Assembly (NCBI GenBank): GCA_965203055.1
Contig: OZ241863.1
Coordinates: forward strand, 320,001-384,000
Source of the DNA: Spirochaetia bacterium
GTDB taxonomy: Bacteria; Spirochaetota; Spirochaetia; SZUA-6; Bin103
Length of the DNA: 64,000 nucleotides
Reading direction: 5' to 3'
The position numbers and the translations under genes were made by a program. The notes beneath the pieces are model-generated. The model did not search any database, was not told where the DNA came from, and worked only from the letters and a program-made list of their open reading frames with translations. Shown in pieces: positions 36,167 to 45,359 of this stretch; the first letter of the stretch is position 1; each line of letters starts with the position of its first letter.

Positions 36167-36979
36167 TCAATCGTAGGCTCCTGGAGGATGGTCGCCCAGC
36201 AGGCGGCGCTGGCGTTCCGTGGTGACCGCCAGGATTTCGGGATCGAACCGGAACCGATGCAGGTACGGCGGGAACCGCTGCGCGATCCAGCGTTGCGCGT
36301 AGTGCACCTGCAGCAGGTAGCGCACGCGGTCGCTGCGGTTGGCGGTGCCGCGGTGCCACACCTCGCTGCGGAAGATCACCACGTCCCCCGCGCCGCACAG
36401 GATGCTCTGCTCCTCGCGGCCGTTCCAGGTGGTGTCGCCGCCGGGCGCGCGGCCGGCGCGATGGCTGCCCGGCACGAAGCGCGTCGGACCGAGCGCCTCG
36501 GTGAGGTCGTCCAGGTAGAAGTGAGCGGTGGAGATGTACACCGGGATGCGCACCCGCGGGTCGGCCATCACGTCTGCGGGCAGGGTGAGCGGCTGCCAGT
36601 CGGCGTGCAGTTGCTGGTCCGGGCGCCCCGGTCCGGTCATCCACGCGGTCATGCCGATCACGTGGCAGTTCGCCCCGTGCAGCGCCTCGGCAATCTCGAT
36701 GACGCCGGGGTAGTCCAGGAAGCGCACGAAATAGGGGTCGCGATTGAAGGCGTTGTTGATGTGCCGGTTGATGAAGCCGTCGCGGTCCGGCTGGAGGCCG
36801 CGGTCGAAGCTGTCGGGGTTCGGTTGCAAACGGTCCATGTGCGCCCGCAGCTCCGCGGTCCGCCCGGCATCGAGCGCCGCCGGAAGGTAGACGTATCCGT
36901 CCTCCTCCAGCGCGCGCACCTGAGCGGGCAGATCGGGCTGCGCGACGAGGGGCAGCGCTTCCGCCATGACAGGGCTCAT
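36167..36979 (-). CDS. Phytanoyl-CoA dioxygenase (PhyH) family protein
   Basis: LEEDGYV, LHAD, GPTRFVPGSH, GDVVIFRSEVWHRG...R. Confidence 0.87.
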   Translation of the reverse strand: MSPVMAEALPLVAQPDLPAQVRALEEDGYVYLPAALDAGRTAELRAHMDRLQPNPDSFDRGLQPDRDGFINRHINNAFNRDPYFVRFLDYPGVIEIAEALHGANCHVIGMTAWMTGPGRPDQQLHADWQPLTLPADVMADPRVRIPVYISTAHFYLDDLTEALGPTRFVPGSHRAGRAPGGDTTWNGREEQSILCGAGDVVIFRSEVWHRGTANRSDRVRYLLQVHYAQRWIAQRFPPYLHRFRFDPEILAVTTERQRRLLGDHPPGAYD

Positions 36980-37298
36980 TCAACGACATTTTCCGACAAT
37001 GGTCCAGCCGCCCGGCCGCTCCGATCAGTTCGGCGGAGCGGATGCACGGGTCCGAGCAGCCTCCGCAGGCCGGTGGCCGATTCCATCGACCGCAATTTGA
37101 AGCGGCGGCGGGCCGCGCGCTGTTGATTACACCCGAGGGCGTCCCAACCGGAAGGCCGGAACCTGCGCTGGTAGGCGCACTGCGGTGGATCGCATGCGAC
37201 TGCGCGCCGGGATGCGCGCGCTTGCGCCTGGTGACACCCGACCGCTTGAGCGGTAGGATTGGGGCCAGGAGAAATGGAGGGCGCCCGTGGAGGGGTAC

Positions 37299-37712
37299 GT
37301 GAGTAACGAGTTGATAGGGATCATCGGAGCGGCGATCACTGTCGCCGCTGTCTTTCTCGCCACGATGCGCGGGATTCGCGGCGACATGCGCGAGATACGC
37401 GGGGAGGTGCGCGCCGTACGTACCGAAATGAAGAATAGCCTTGAACGTGAGGTCAACGGGCTAAGGGACGAAATCAAGGAGGGCGAAAGCAGACTCCACG
37501 ACGGAATGAACGACAGCGCCAGCAGTCTCAGAAATGAAATGAGCGACAGCGCCGGCAAGCTCAGAGAAGAAATGAACGCCGGGTTCAAGGAAATCACCGC
37601 ACGGCTCGTCAATGTCGGAGATCGGCTGTCGAAGGTAGAGGGGATCATCGAGGGGATGTTCTGGAGCGCCCGCAACCAGCCGCCGGACAAGCCGCGAGCG
37701 GGAGCCGCGTAG
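37299..37712 (+). CDS. Membrane-anchored coiled-coil protein with 11-residue repeats
   Basis: GGAGGGG RBS; N-terminal TM ELIGIIGAAITVAAVFL; 33-bp repeats at 37506, 37539, 37572 (MNDSASSLRNE/MSDSAGKLREE); C-terminal RLSKVEG. Confidence 0.72.
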   Translation: MSNELIGIIGAAITVAAVFLATMRGIRGDMREIRGEVRAVRTEMKNSLEREVNGLRDEIKEGESRLHDGMNDSASSLRNEMSDSAGKLREEMNAGFKEITARLVNVGDRLSKVEGIIEGMFWSARNQPPDKPRAGAA

Positions 37713-37722
37713 CGTTCGTCAC

Positions 37723-39390
37723 ATGAACGTCAACGCCAGCATCATCGACCATCGGGTGACCGGATTGATCGAAAGTCATCCCGAATGGTTCGCCGACAGC
37801 GCCGATCTCAACCGGCGGAAGTCTACCTCTTTTGTACTGCTATGCATGTCGAGCTATCTCGGGATTGCGCCCGAGGAAAGTGTCGAGCTGCTCACCGAAG
37901 GAGGAAATGATGGCGGCGTGGACGGCCTTCAGATCAGCGACGTCGAGGATGATGCGTTCCTGGTCACCCTGTTCCAGGGGAAATACAAAGTAAAGGATCT
38001 GAGTGGCACAGCCAACTTCCCGGAAAACAGCGTGCGGCTGGCGCTGGATACCGTTCAGGTGCTCCTCGATCCCTATCGCGCGATAGAACTGAACGAAAGG
38101 ATCAAGCCAAAGATTGCAGAAATTCATTCTTTGATCCGCGACGGGTATATTCCGAGCGTGCGCTTCGTGCTGTGCAACAACGGCGCCAGGTGGACCACCG
38201 GAGCCGATCGTTGGGTTGCTGCGGCGGAACGGGATTACGGTGACAAAGTACGGATCGTTCATTACAATCACGACTCGATCGTCAGCATCCTGCAGCGGCC
38301 CGGGAGGGTCGATGCCGTACTCACTCTGAGCGGCGAGGCGATCGTAGAGGACATGAATTATCAGCGCGTATTGATCGGGCGCGCCGCCGTTCAAGAGATC
38401 GGCCGGCTATTCGAACAACACGGCGACCAGATCCTGGAGCGTAACGTCCGCCGCTACCTGGGCCTGCGCAGCAACCGCGTGAATGCGGCAATTCACGACA
38501 CGCTCTGCGATCCCGGCAAGTCCGACAAATTCTACTTCTACAACAACGGGATCACGATGGTCTGCGACAAGTTCGATTACAACGCCTTTCAGAAGTCTGA
38601 CTATCAGGTAAGGATCCGCAACTTGCAGGTAATCAATGGCGCTCAGACCTGTATGACGATTCAGCGAACCCTGAACGGCGGGCGCGCCGATGCGTTGGCC
38701 GAGTCGGCCTATGTCCTGATACGGGTGTATCAGCTTTCCGGGGACGACCGCGAGTTCGTTCAAGACGTCACCCACGCTACCAACAGCCAGAACCCGGTCA
38801 GCCTGCGCGACCTCCGATCCAACGACGAGCTGCAGCGCCGGCTGGAGCTCGGAATCGCGCAGTTGGGTCATACCTACCAGCGCCACCGGGCAGCGGGCAA
38901 CGGCGCCGCGAACCTGGTCACCAGCGCCACCGTAGCGGAGGCGGTGCTGGCGATCTGGCGCGCCCGCCCGCATCAGGCCAGGTTCCTTCGCAAGGAACAC
39001 TTCGGCAAGCTCTACGACGACATCTTTCGCGATCTCAACGCCTCTCAGGCGCTGCTTGCGGTTGCCATCTTCCGAGCCGTAGAGGATGCAAGACGACACC
39101 CGAAGATGCCGCATGCGCCGGACTTCCTGCCGTATGCGTCGCACCACATTGCTCTGTTGATCGGGCGCGCGCTTCTGCACGACCGGAACGTCACCGTGGA
39201 GCAGGTGTCGCACCGAAACCATGACGCCCTCGCTGCCGCATTCAGGGAGGCTCAGGCGCGCTACTACCGCAATGCGGTCGACGGCGTGGGGCAGGCGCTG
39301 CGGTACTGCTACGGCGGCCGGGAAGTGTCGCCGCAACAGTTGGCGGCTACCTTCAGGCGCGGCGATCTGTTGGAGATACTGAGCCCTTAG
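37723..39390 (+). CDS. AIPR (abortive infection phage resistance) family protein
   Basis: DGGVDG...FQGKY, ILERNVRRYLG, FYFYNNGIT, LQVINGAQT, ATNSQN.V..RDLRSND. Confidence 0.88.
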   Translation: MNVNASIIDHRVTGLIESHPEWFADSADLNRRKSTSFVLLCMSSYLGIAPEESVELLTEGGNDGGVDGLQISDVEDDAFLVTLFQGKYKVKDLSGTANFPENSVRLALDTVQVLLDPYRAIELNERIKPKIAEIHSLIRDGYIPSVRFVLCNNGARWTTGADRWVAAAERDYGDKVRIVHYNHDSIVSILQRPGRVDAVLTLSGEAIVEDMNYQRVLIGRAAVQEIGRLFEQHGDQILERNVRRYLGLRSNRVNAAIHDTLCDPGKSDKFYFYNNGITMVCDKFDYNAFQKSDYQVRIRNLQVINGAQTCMTIQRTLNGGRADALAESAYVLIRVYQLSGDDREFVQDVTHATNSQNPVSLRDLRSNDELQRRLELGIAQLGHTYQRHRAAGNGAANLVTSATVAEAVLAIWRARPHQARFLRKEHFGKLYDDIFRDLNASQALLAVAIFRAVEDARRHPKMPHAPDFLPYASHHIALLIGRALLHDRNVTVEQVSHRNHDALAAAFREAQARYYRNAVDGVGQALRYCYGGREVSPQQLAATFRRGDLLEILSP

Positions 39391-39548
39391 CCCCAGTTGT
39401 TCACGGGCGTTCCCCAGCTCGCGATCCGGGATGCAGGATGCGCCCCGCCTTGGCTTGGCCTGCCTGCCGCCTGCCCGCCCCCGCCGCCCCCGCCCGCCAA
39501 AGGGCGGCTTGCCGGATGACGGCGCCCGTGGCTACACTGCTCAGCGCC

Positions 39549-40577
39549 ATGGCGTCACCCAGCTCCCACAACGGCTCGCCGTCGCGCAGCGAGGGACCAC
39601 TCGATCTGCCGATTCGGCCGCGCCGCAACCGCCGCAGCGCGGGCCTGCGCGCACTGGTGCGGGAGAGTCAGGTCACCCCGGCCGACCTGATTCTCCCGCT
39701 GTTCGTGGTGGAGGGCTCCGACCTGGAGGAGCCGGTGGCTGCGATGCCCGACACCAGCCGCCTGAGCCCGGATCGGGTCGTCGCACGGGCGCGCGCGGCC
39801 CATGCCCTCGGCATCCCCGCGGTAGCGCTGTTCCCGGTGATCGACGACTCGCTCAAGGACAGCCGCGCCAGCGAGTCTGCCAACCCCGACGGTCTGCTGC
39901 AGCGCACGGTGGGCGATCTCAAGGAGGCGCTGCCGGACCTGCTGGTCATTACCGACGTGGCCATGGATCCCTACTCCAGCGACGGCCACGACGGCTTGGT
40001 GGTGGACGGCAAGATCGTCAACGACGCCAGCATCGACATCTTGTGCGACATGGCGGTAGCGCAGGCGCAGGCGGGCGCCGATCTGGTGGCGCCGTCCGAC
40101 ATGATGGATGGGCGGGTGGGATACATCCGGGACGCCCTGGATGACGCCGCGTTCACCGAAGTGGGCATCCTCGCCTACAGCGCCAAGTACGCTTCGGCGT
40201 TCTACGGCCCGTTCCGCGACGCCCTCGATTCGGCGCCCAAGCACGGCGACAAGAAGAGCTACCAGATGGACCCCGCCAATCGCCGCGAGGCCCTGCGCGA
40301 GGTCCTGCTGGACCTGGACGAGGGGGCGGATATGGTGATGGTGAAGCCGGCGCTGCCCTACCTGGACGTCCTGGCGGCGGTGAAGGCGGAATCGACCGTA
40401 CCGGTGGCCGCATATCAGGTGAGCGGCGAATACGCCATGATCAAGGCCGCGGCGGCGAATGGCTGGCTTGACGAGAGCGCCGCCATGCTGGAGACGGTGA
40501 CCGCCATCAAGCGCGCCGGCGCGGACATGATCCTGACCTACTTCGCGCTGGCCGCGGCGCGCGCGGCCGGCGGCTGA
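39549..40577 (+). CDS. hemB: Porphobilinogen synthase (Asp-type, Zn-independent)
   Basis: RPRRNR, TDVAMDPYSSDGHDG, APSDMMDGRV, KYASAFYGPFRDA, YQMDPAN, MVKP, YQVSGEY. Confidence 0.95.
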   Translation: MASPSSHNGSPSRSEGPLDLPIRPRRNRRSAGLRALVRESQVTPADLILPLFVVEGSDLEEPVAAMPDTSRLSPDRVVARARAAHALGIPAVALFPVIDDSLKDSRASESANPDGLLQRTVGDLKEALPDLLVITDVAMDPYSSDGHDGLVVDGKIVNDASIDILCDMAVAQAQAGADLVAPSDMMDGRVGYIRDALDDAAFTEVGILAYSAKYASAFYGPFRDALDSAPKHGDKKSYQMDPANRREALREVLLDLDEGADMVMVKPALPYLDVLAAVKAESTVPVAAYQVSGEYAMIKAAAANGWLDESAAMLETVTAIKRAGADMILTYFALAAARAAGG

Positions 40578-40596
40578 GGCAACGTCCGGCGCTCCT

Positions 40597-41046
40597 TCAG
40601 TCTGCCCGGATTACCCCGATGGTGAGCAGCAGGTTGGCATAGATGCGCTGCTCGCCGGTGGCGACCGCCAGCGCGACGTCCGGCCCGCGGCCCGCCTCGT
40701 AGAACGCGAACCGCTCCAGTCGTTGCAGCGGCCCGGTAAAGCCGTGAGCCGCGAGCAGCGCCCGGAACTCCGCCCAGATCGGCGGATCTGCGGGCATGGC
40801 GTAGGGGCCGTCCTTGGCGGCGGCCATCACCGCCGCGGCCTCCACCGGAATGGCGGGCGCCAGCGCGGCCAGCACGTCGGTGGCGCTGACGATGCCGGGA
40901 GCCAGATTGAGGCACACCAGCTCGGCGTTGGCGCCCAGGGTGGTACGGAACGGGTAGTTGCCGTCGGCGATCAGCACCTGCGAGCCGTGCCCGGCGCGGC
41001 CCAGCGCGCGCAGGATGTCAGGATGGATCAGCGGAAGGTCAAGCAT
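40597..41046 (-). CDS. RbsD/FucU family sugar mutarotase/pyranase
   Basis: LGRAGHGSQVLIADGNYP, LERFAFY, VATGEQRIYANLLLTIGV. Confidence 0.88.
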   Translation of the reverse strand: MLDLPLIHPDILRALGRAGHGSQVLIADGNYPFRTTLGANAELVCLNLAPGIVSATDVLAALAPAIPVEAAAVMAAAKDGPYAMPADPPIWAEFRALLAAHGFTGPLQRLERFAFYEAGRGPDVALAVATGEQRIYANLLLTIGVIRAD

Positions 41047-41111
41047 GACGGCCGCCAGTGTGCGGAGTATCCTGGGCGCCGGGCAAGGACGCTCGCGCTC
41101 GCTCCGCTCGC

Positions 41112-41987
41112 TCAGCGGCCGCCCACTCCGGGCGGAGGCGCCAGCCCGACGCGCGCCAACGCATGCGCGACGCCGCCGGCGGCGTTGCCGGCGGTGACGA
41201 AGTGGGCCGCGGCGCGGACCTCGGCGGTGGCGTTGGCCATGGCCACCGCGGTGCCGGCGTAGCGCAGCATGTCCAGGTCGTTGGCATTGTCGCCGATCGC
41301 CATTACCTCCTGCGGCGTCAGCCCCAGCCGTTCGGTCAGGCGCCGCAGCGCGCCGCCCTTGGCGCCGCCCGGCGCCACCACCTCGAACAGATCGGCGGGC
41401 GGGACCGGAGCCGGGCCCCACCAGCTTTGCACCAGCCCATGCAGCGGCGCCACCGCGGCCGCGGCGGCGAGCACGGCGCGGCGCGGCCCGAAGCCGACGA
41501 TCCCCAGCACCCCGCGCCTCCGTGCCACCGCCACGTCGTCCACCAGTTCCAGGATCGCGCTCTTGGTGCGCAGGTATTCCTGCGTGTACGGGGAGTCGCG
41601 GGCCGCGGGTTCCAGGACCAGTGTTATTTCGGGGCCGGCGTCCGCGGCGCCGGCGTACAGCATTGGGTGGAGTCCGCCGGCCCGGACCCGCGGCAGGGCG
41701 GCCGCGACCGCGCGCGGCGGCAGGGGCACGCGCCACAGCTCGGCTCCGCCGGGGTCAAGCACCAGCGCGCCGTTGTGCAGCGCGGCGTAGGCCGGCACCG
41801 GCAGCTCCTCCAATATCGGGCGCGCGCTGTGCAGCCCGCGCCCGGTGGCTACCAGCAACGCGGCTCCCGCCGCCGCCGCGCGGCGCAGCGCGCCGCCGTC
41901 GCCGGCGCTGATCCGCTTGTCCGGCCCCAGCAGGGTGCCGTCGAGGTCTACGGCCAGGAGCCGCGGCCGCCGGTCAGGGTTCTCCAT
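41112..41987 (-). CDS. Cof-type HAD-IIB hydrolase
   Basis: AVDLDGTLL, VATGR, HNGA, KG, AIGDNANDLDML, AMANA. Confidence 0.88.
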   Translation of the reverse strand: MENPDRRPRLLAVDLDGTLLGPDKRISAGDGGALRRAAAAGAALLVATGRGLHSARPILEELPVPAYAALHNGALVLDPGGAELWRVPLPPRAVAAALPRVRAGGLHPMLYAGAADAGPEITLVLEPAARDSPYTQEYLRTKSAILELVDDVAVARRRGVLGIVGFGPRRAVLAAAAAVAPLHGLVQSWWGPAPVPPADLFEVVAPGGAKGGALRRLTERLGLTPQEVMAIGDNANDLDMLRYAGTAVAMANATAEVRAAAHFVTAGNAAGGVAHALARVGLAPPPGVGGR

Positions 41988-42110
41988 TCGCGGGCGCAAT
42001 GTACCGCCGCACCAAGGTCTGCTCCACCATCCGCCGCGCGCTGCCCGCGCTGCCCCGAGCTGCCGGCGAACTTGCCGGCGGTTCGCGCCGCCCCGTAGAA
42101 TGGCGCCGCC

Positions 42111-42857
42111 ATGGCGAATTCGCATGAAGCGGCGCACGGCGGGAGCCTGCCGCAGGTTGGCGGGCGGTTGGAGTGGTATGGCGCGGTCCTGGCCGGCGGG
42201 TTGGTGCCGCTGTTCTATCACGGCGATCCCGCGGTGGCGTGCGCGGTGGCCGAAGCGCTGGTGGAGGGTGGTGCGCGGGCGGTGGAGTTCACCAATCGCG
42301 GCCCCGGGGCCTTGCGCGTGTTTCAGGAACTGGCCGAGCGACCGTCCCTGCAAGACGCTGCCAGTCTCGGTGTCGGCTCGGTGATCGACGCGCCAACCGC
42401 GGCGCTGTTCATCGCCGCGGGCGCCCGCTTCGTGGTGAGCCCGAGCTTCAACGCCGAGGTGGCGCGGCTCTGCAACCGCCGCAAGATTCCCTACCTGCCC
42501 GGCTGCGCCACGCCAACGGAAATCTCCACCGCCGAGGAGTGGGGCGCCGAGATCGTCAAGGTGTTTCCCGGCAAGGTGGGCGGCCCGGCGTTCATCAAGG
42601 ACGTGCTCGCCCCCATGCCGTGGTCGCGACTCATGCCCACCGGCGGCGTCCGGTTGAGCGCGGCGAACCTGCGGGAGTGGTTCGCGGCCGGCGCCTGCTG
42701 CGTGGGAATGGGCAGTGACCTGGTGCGCGCCGACCTGGTGGCGGCTGGCGACTACCCGGCCATCAGCGCCAACGTCCGCACCGCGCTACGACTCATCAAG
42801 GACGCCCGCGGCCAGGTTCCGAGTCAGGCCGGCGGGAGGGGGCGGCGGCCGGCGTAG
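42111..42857 (+). CDS. eda: KHG/KDPG aldolase family protein
   Basis: VEFTNR, GVGSV, FVVSP, PGCATPTEI, VKVFP, LMPTGGV. Confidence 0.88.
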   Translation: MANSHEAAHGGSLPQVGGRLEWYGAVLAGGLVPLFYHGDPAVACAVAEALVEGGARAVEFTNRGPGALRVFQELAERPSLQDAASLGVGSVIDAPTAALFIAAGARFVVSPSFNAEVARLCNRRKIPYLPGCATPTEISTAEEWGAEIVKVFPGKVGGPAFIKDVLAPMPWSRLMPTGGVRLSAANLREWFAAGACCVGMGSDLVRADLVAAGDYPAISANVRTALRLIKDARGQVPSQAGGRGRRPA

Positions 42858-43198
42858 CCGTCGGCGATGCGGTGATAGTAGCGCAGCTCCGGCTCGTCGC
42901 TGCGCCAGCACAGGAACACTACCTCGTCGTCGATCAGCGCCGGGAAGTCGACCAGCCCGATCCGGAAGTTCCAGTCCTTGTAGTAGCAGCCCATCCCGGT
43001 CAGCTCGGCGAGCAGATCGCGAAGCTGCTCCTGCAGCTCCTCGATAGCCGGCGCCGCGGCGCGCCCCGAGAGTACCTCCCGCGCCTGCTCGCCGAGGGCG
43101 AGGATGTCGCGCACGATGGCGCGCACCAGCGGCAGCGTGCGCTGCGCCTCGGTAACGGTGAACAGGCGCGGAAAGTCGTACTCGGGTGCGGTGGCCAT
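42824..43198 (-). CDS. DUF2203 family protein
   Basis: FTVTEAQRTLPLV, KD...GLVDFP...VFLCWR.DEPELRYYH...GYAGRRPL. Confidence 0.85.
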   Translation of the reverse strand: MATAPEYDFPRLFTVTEAQRTLPLVRAIVRDILALGEQAREVLSGRAAAPAIEELQEQLRDLLAELTGMGCYYKDWNFRIGLVDFPALIDDEVVFLCWRSDEPELRYYHRIADGYAGRRPLPPA

Positions 43199-44325
43199 TA
43201 CTTGTAGGGATCCGCGGCATCCCGGAGACCGTCACCGAGGAAGTTGTAGCAAAGCACGGTAATCACCACGAACATGGCCGGGATCAACAGCCACGGATTC
43301 AGCGCTACCGTTCTGATATTCTGCGCCTGTTGAAGGAGAACCCCCCAACTTACCGCCGGCGGCCTGAGCCCGACGCCGATGAAACTCAGCGCTGTCTCGC
43401 CAAGGATCATGTACGGGACTGCCAAGGTGAGGTGAACGATCAGGTAACTCATGAATCCCGGAAGCAGGTGCGCGCCGATGATGCGCATCTCTCCCACGTT
43501 GGATATCTTTGCCGAGAGAACATAGTCCTCCTCGCGGAGCTGCAGCATCTTGCCGCGCACCACCCGCGCCAGTCCGGTCCATCCGAATATCGACAGAATC
43601 ACGGTAATCATGAAGTAGATGCGAACCGGCGGCCAGGCCGCGGGAACGGCGGCGGCCAACGCCATCCAGAGCGGGAGCGTCGGAATGGAGCCAAAGAACT
43701 CGATGATCCTCTGAATGAGCATATCGGCCGCGCCGCCGAAATAGCCGGATATGCCGCCGAGCAAGCAACCGAATACGAAGCTTGCCAGTACGCCCACCAG
43801 GCCGATGGTCAACGATATTCGAGCGCCGTAGAGCGTCCGGGAGAACATGTCCCGGCCGAGGTCGTCGGTGCCAAAGAGAAACAGCGTACCGGGCGCGTCC
43901 ACGCCCATGAAGTGGATCGCCGTCGCAAAGACACCAAGCAGTCTGTACTCGGCGCCGCGTACAAAGAAGCGTATCGGGAACATCGTCTCCTTGTCTGCGA
44001 CGTAGATGCGGCGCAACGTCTCCGGGTTTCGCCCAACGTCAAGACCATACACGAACGGACGGGAGAGCCGACCCTCATGAAAGATGCGGATCCTCTGTGT
44101 TGGCGCCAGAATGTACTCGTTGTTGCGATCAAAAATTTCGTAGGTTGAGAAGAAACCCGGTGCGATGGCTCCGGCCACGTACAATACGATCAGGACGACG
44201 CCGCCAATTATCGCGAGTCTGTGTTTGAACAGATTCCGCCTCATCAGCACCCAACTGGAGGCGGTGTAGTAGGCTTCTTCGGCGTCTGTTGCGCGCGCTG
44301 CGAAAGTGCGCGTTTCCGACCGCAT
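43198..44325 (-). CDS. Peptide/nickel ABC permease (OppC/DppC-like)
   Basis: FGTDDLGRDMFSR.LYGARISL, WTGLARVVRG, ETALSFIGVG, LGDGLRDAADP. Confidence 0.92.
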   Translation of the reverse strand: MRSETRTFAARATDAEEAYYTASSWVLMRRNLFKHRLAIIGGVVLIVLYVAGAIAPGFFSTYEIFDRNNEYILAPTQRIRIFHEGRLSRPFVYGLDVGRNPETLRRIYVADKETMFPIRFFVRGAEYRLLGVFATAIHFMGVDAPGTLFLFGTDDLGRDMFSRTLYGARISLTIGLVGVLASFVFGCLLGGISGYFGGAADMLIQRIIEFFGSIPTLPLWMALAAAVPAAWPPVRIYFMITVILSIFGWTGLARVVRGKMLQLREEDYVLSAKISNVGEMRIIGAHLLPGFMSYLIVHLTLAVPYMILGETALSFIGVGLRPPAVSWGVLLQQAQNIRTVALNPWLLIPAMFVVITVLCYNFLGDGLRDAADPYK

Positions 44326-45326
44326 TATCGCGCCAGTGACTGCTTCTCGAATCGTATCCGAGGATCCACGACAACCAGTAGCATATCGGAGATGAGATTG
44401 CCAATTATACCCAGCGCGCTGAGAAGCATGAGCATACTTCCGGCCAGGAACATGTCCTGTGCCTGAAGCGCGCGCAGCAGAAGTGGTCCGATCGTAGGAA
44501 GGCTGATGACGATCGAGGTCAGCGTAGCTCCGGATATGATGGCGGGAAGTAACCCGCCGATGGTGCTGATCACGGGGTTTATTGCGATCCGAATCGGATA
44601 TTTCATAAGCAGCGACCGCTCGTTCAGGCCCTTGGAGCGGGCGGTAATCACATACTGCTTCTTGAGCTCATCGAGCAGACATCCCCTCATTACTCTAATG
44701 GTCCAGGCGGTGCCGGCCGTGCCGATCACTATCAGTGGAATAGGAAGGTGCTTGAGCAGATCCACGAACTTCGCCAGGCTCCAGGGCGCCGCCGAGTATT
44801 CCGGTGAGAAGAGTCCTCCGACGCTCCACCCGGTGTATTTGTACAGTAGAAACATGAGGACGAGCGCGAGCAGGAAATTGGGAGTTGCCAAGCCGGCAAA
44901 CCCGAGAACGGTAAACGTGTAGTCACCAAAGGAGTACTGATGCGTTGCCGAGTAGATGCCGATTGGTATCGCAATCAGATAGGTGAGCAGGAGCGTGGCG
45001 AGGGAAATGGTCACGGTGAGCGCCAGCCGCTCGCGGATCAACTCGGTAACCGGTTGGTTCCACTGGAAGGAACGTCCCATGTCACCGCGCAACAGATTTC
45101 CCAGCCACTTGAGATACTGCACGAATAGCGGCTGATCCAACCCGTAGTGCTTCTCAAGGGTGCGCATTTCCTGCTCGCTGACCACGGTGCCTCGGGAGTT
45201 CATGTTTTCGATCAGCATGCTCAGGAAGTCGCCGGGCGGGAGCTGTATGATAATGAACGAGACCGCCGACAGGATCACGAGGACGACGATCATGTAGAGG
45301 ACTCGGCGTATGAGGTAGTTCAGCAC
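44325..45326 (-). CDS. Peptide/nickel ABC permease (OppB/DppB-like)
   Basis: YLIRR, GLDQP..VQY, GDMGRS, YVITARSKGL, DPRIR. Confidence 0.92.
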   Translation of the reverse strand: MLNYLIRRVLYMIVVLVILSAVSFIIIQLPPGDFLSMLIENMNSRGTVVSEQEMRTLEKHYGLDQPLFVQYLKWLGNLLRGDMGRSFQWNQPVTELIRERLALTVTISLATLLLTYLIAIPIGIYSATHQYSFGDYTFTVLGFAGLATPNFLLALVLMFLLYKYTGWSVGGLFSPEYSAAPWSLAKFVDLLKHLPIPLIVIGTAGTAWTIRVMRGCLLDELKKQYVITARSKGLNERSLLMKYPIRIAINPVISTIGGLLPAIISGATLTSIVISLPTIGPLLLRALQAQDMFLAGSMLMLLSALGIIGNLISDMLLVVVDPRIRFEKQSLAR

Positions 45327-45359
45327 CGCTCTGACGGATGCGCCCGCGGGGTCGCGGTG

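Noticed and set aside
36980..37290. Possible ncRNA in the 300-bp intergenic region
   Set aside because: Only short GC-rich hairpins; no recognisable riboswitch, tRNA or other RNA-family signature.
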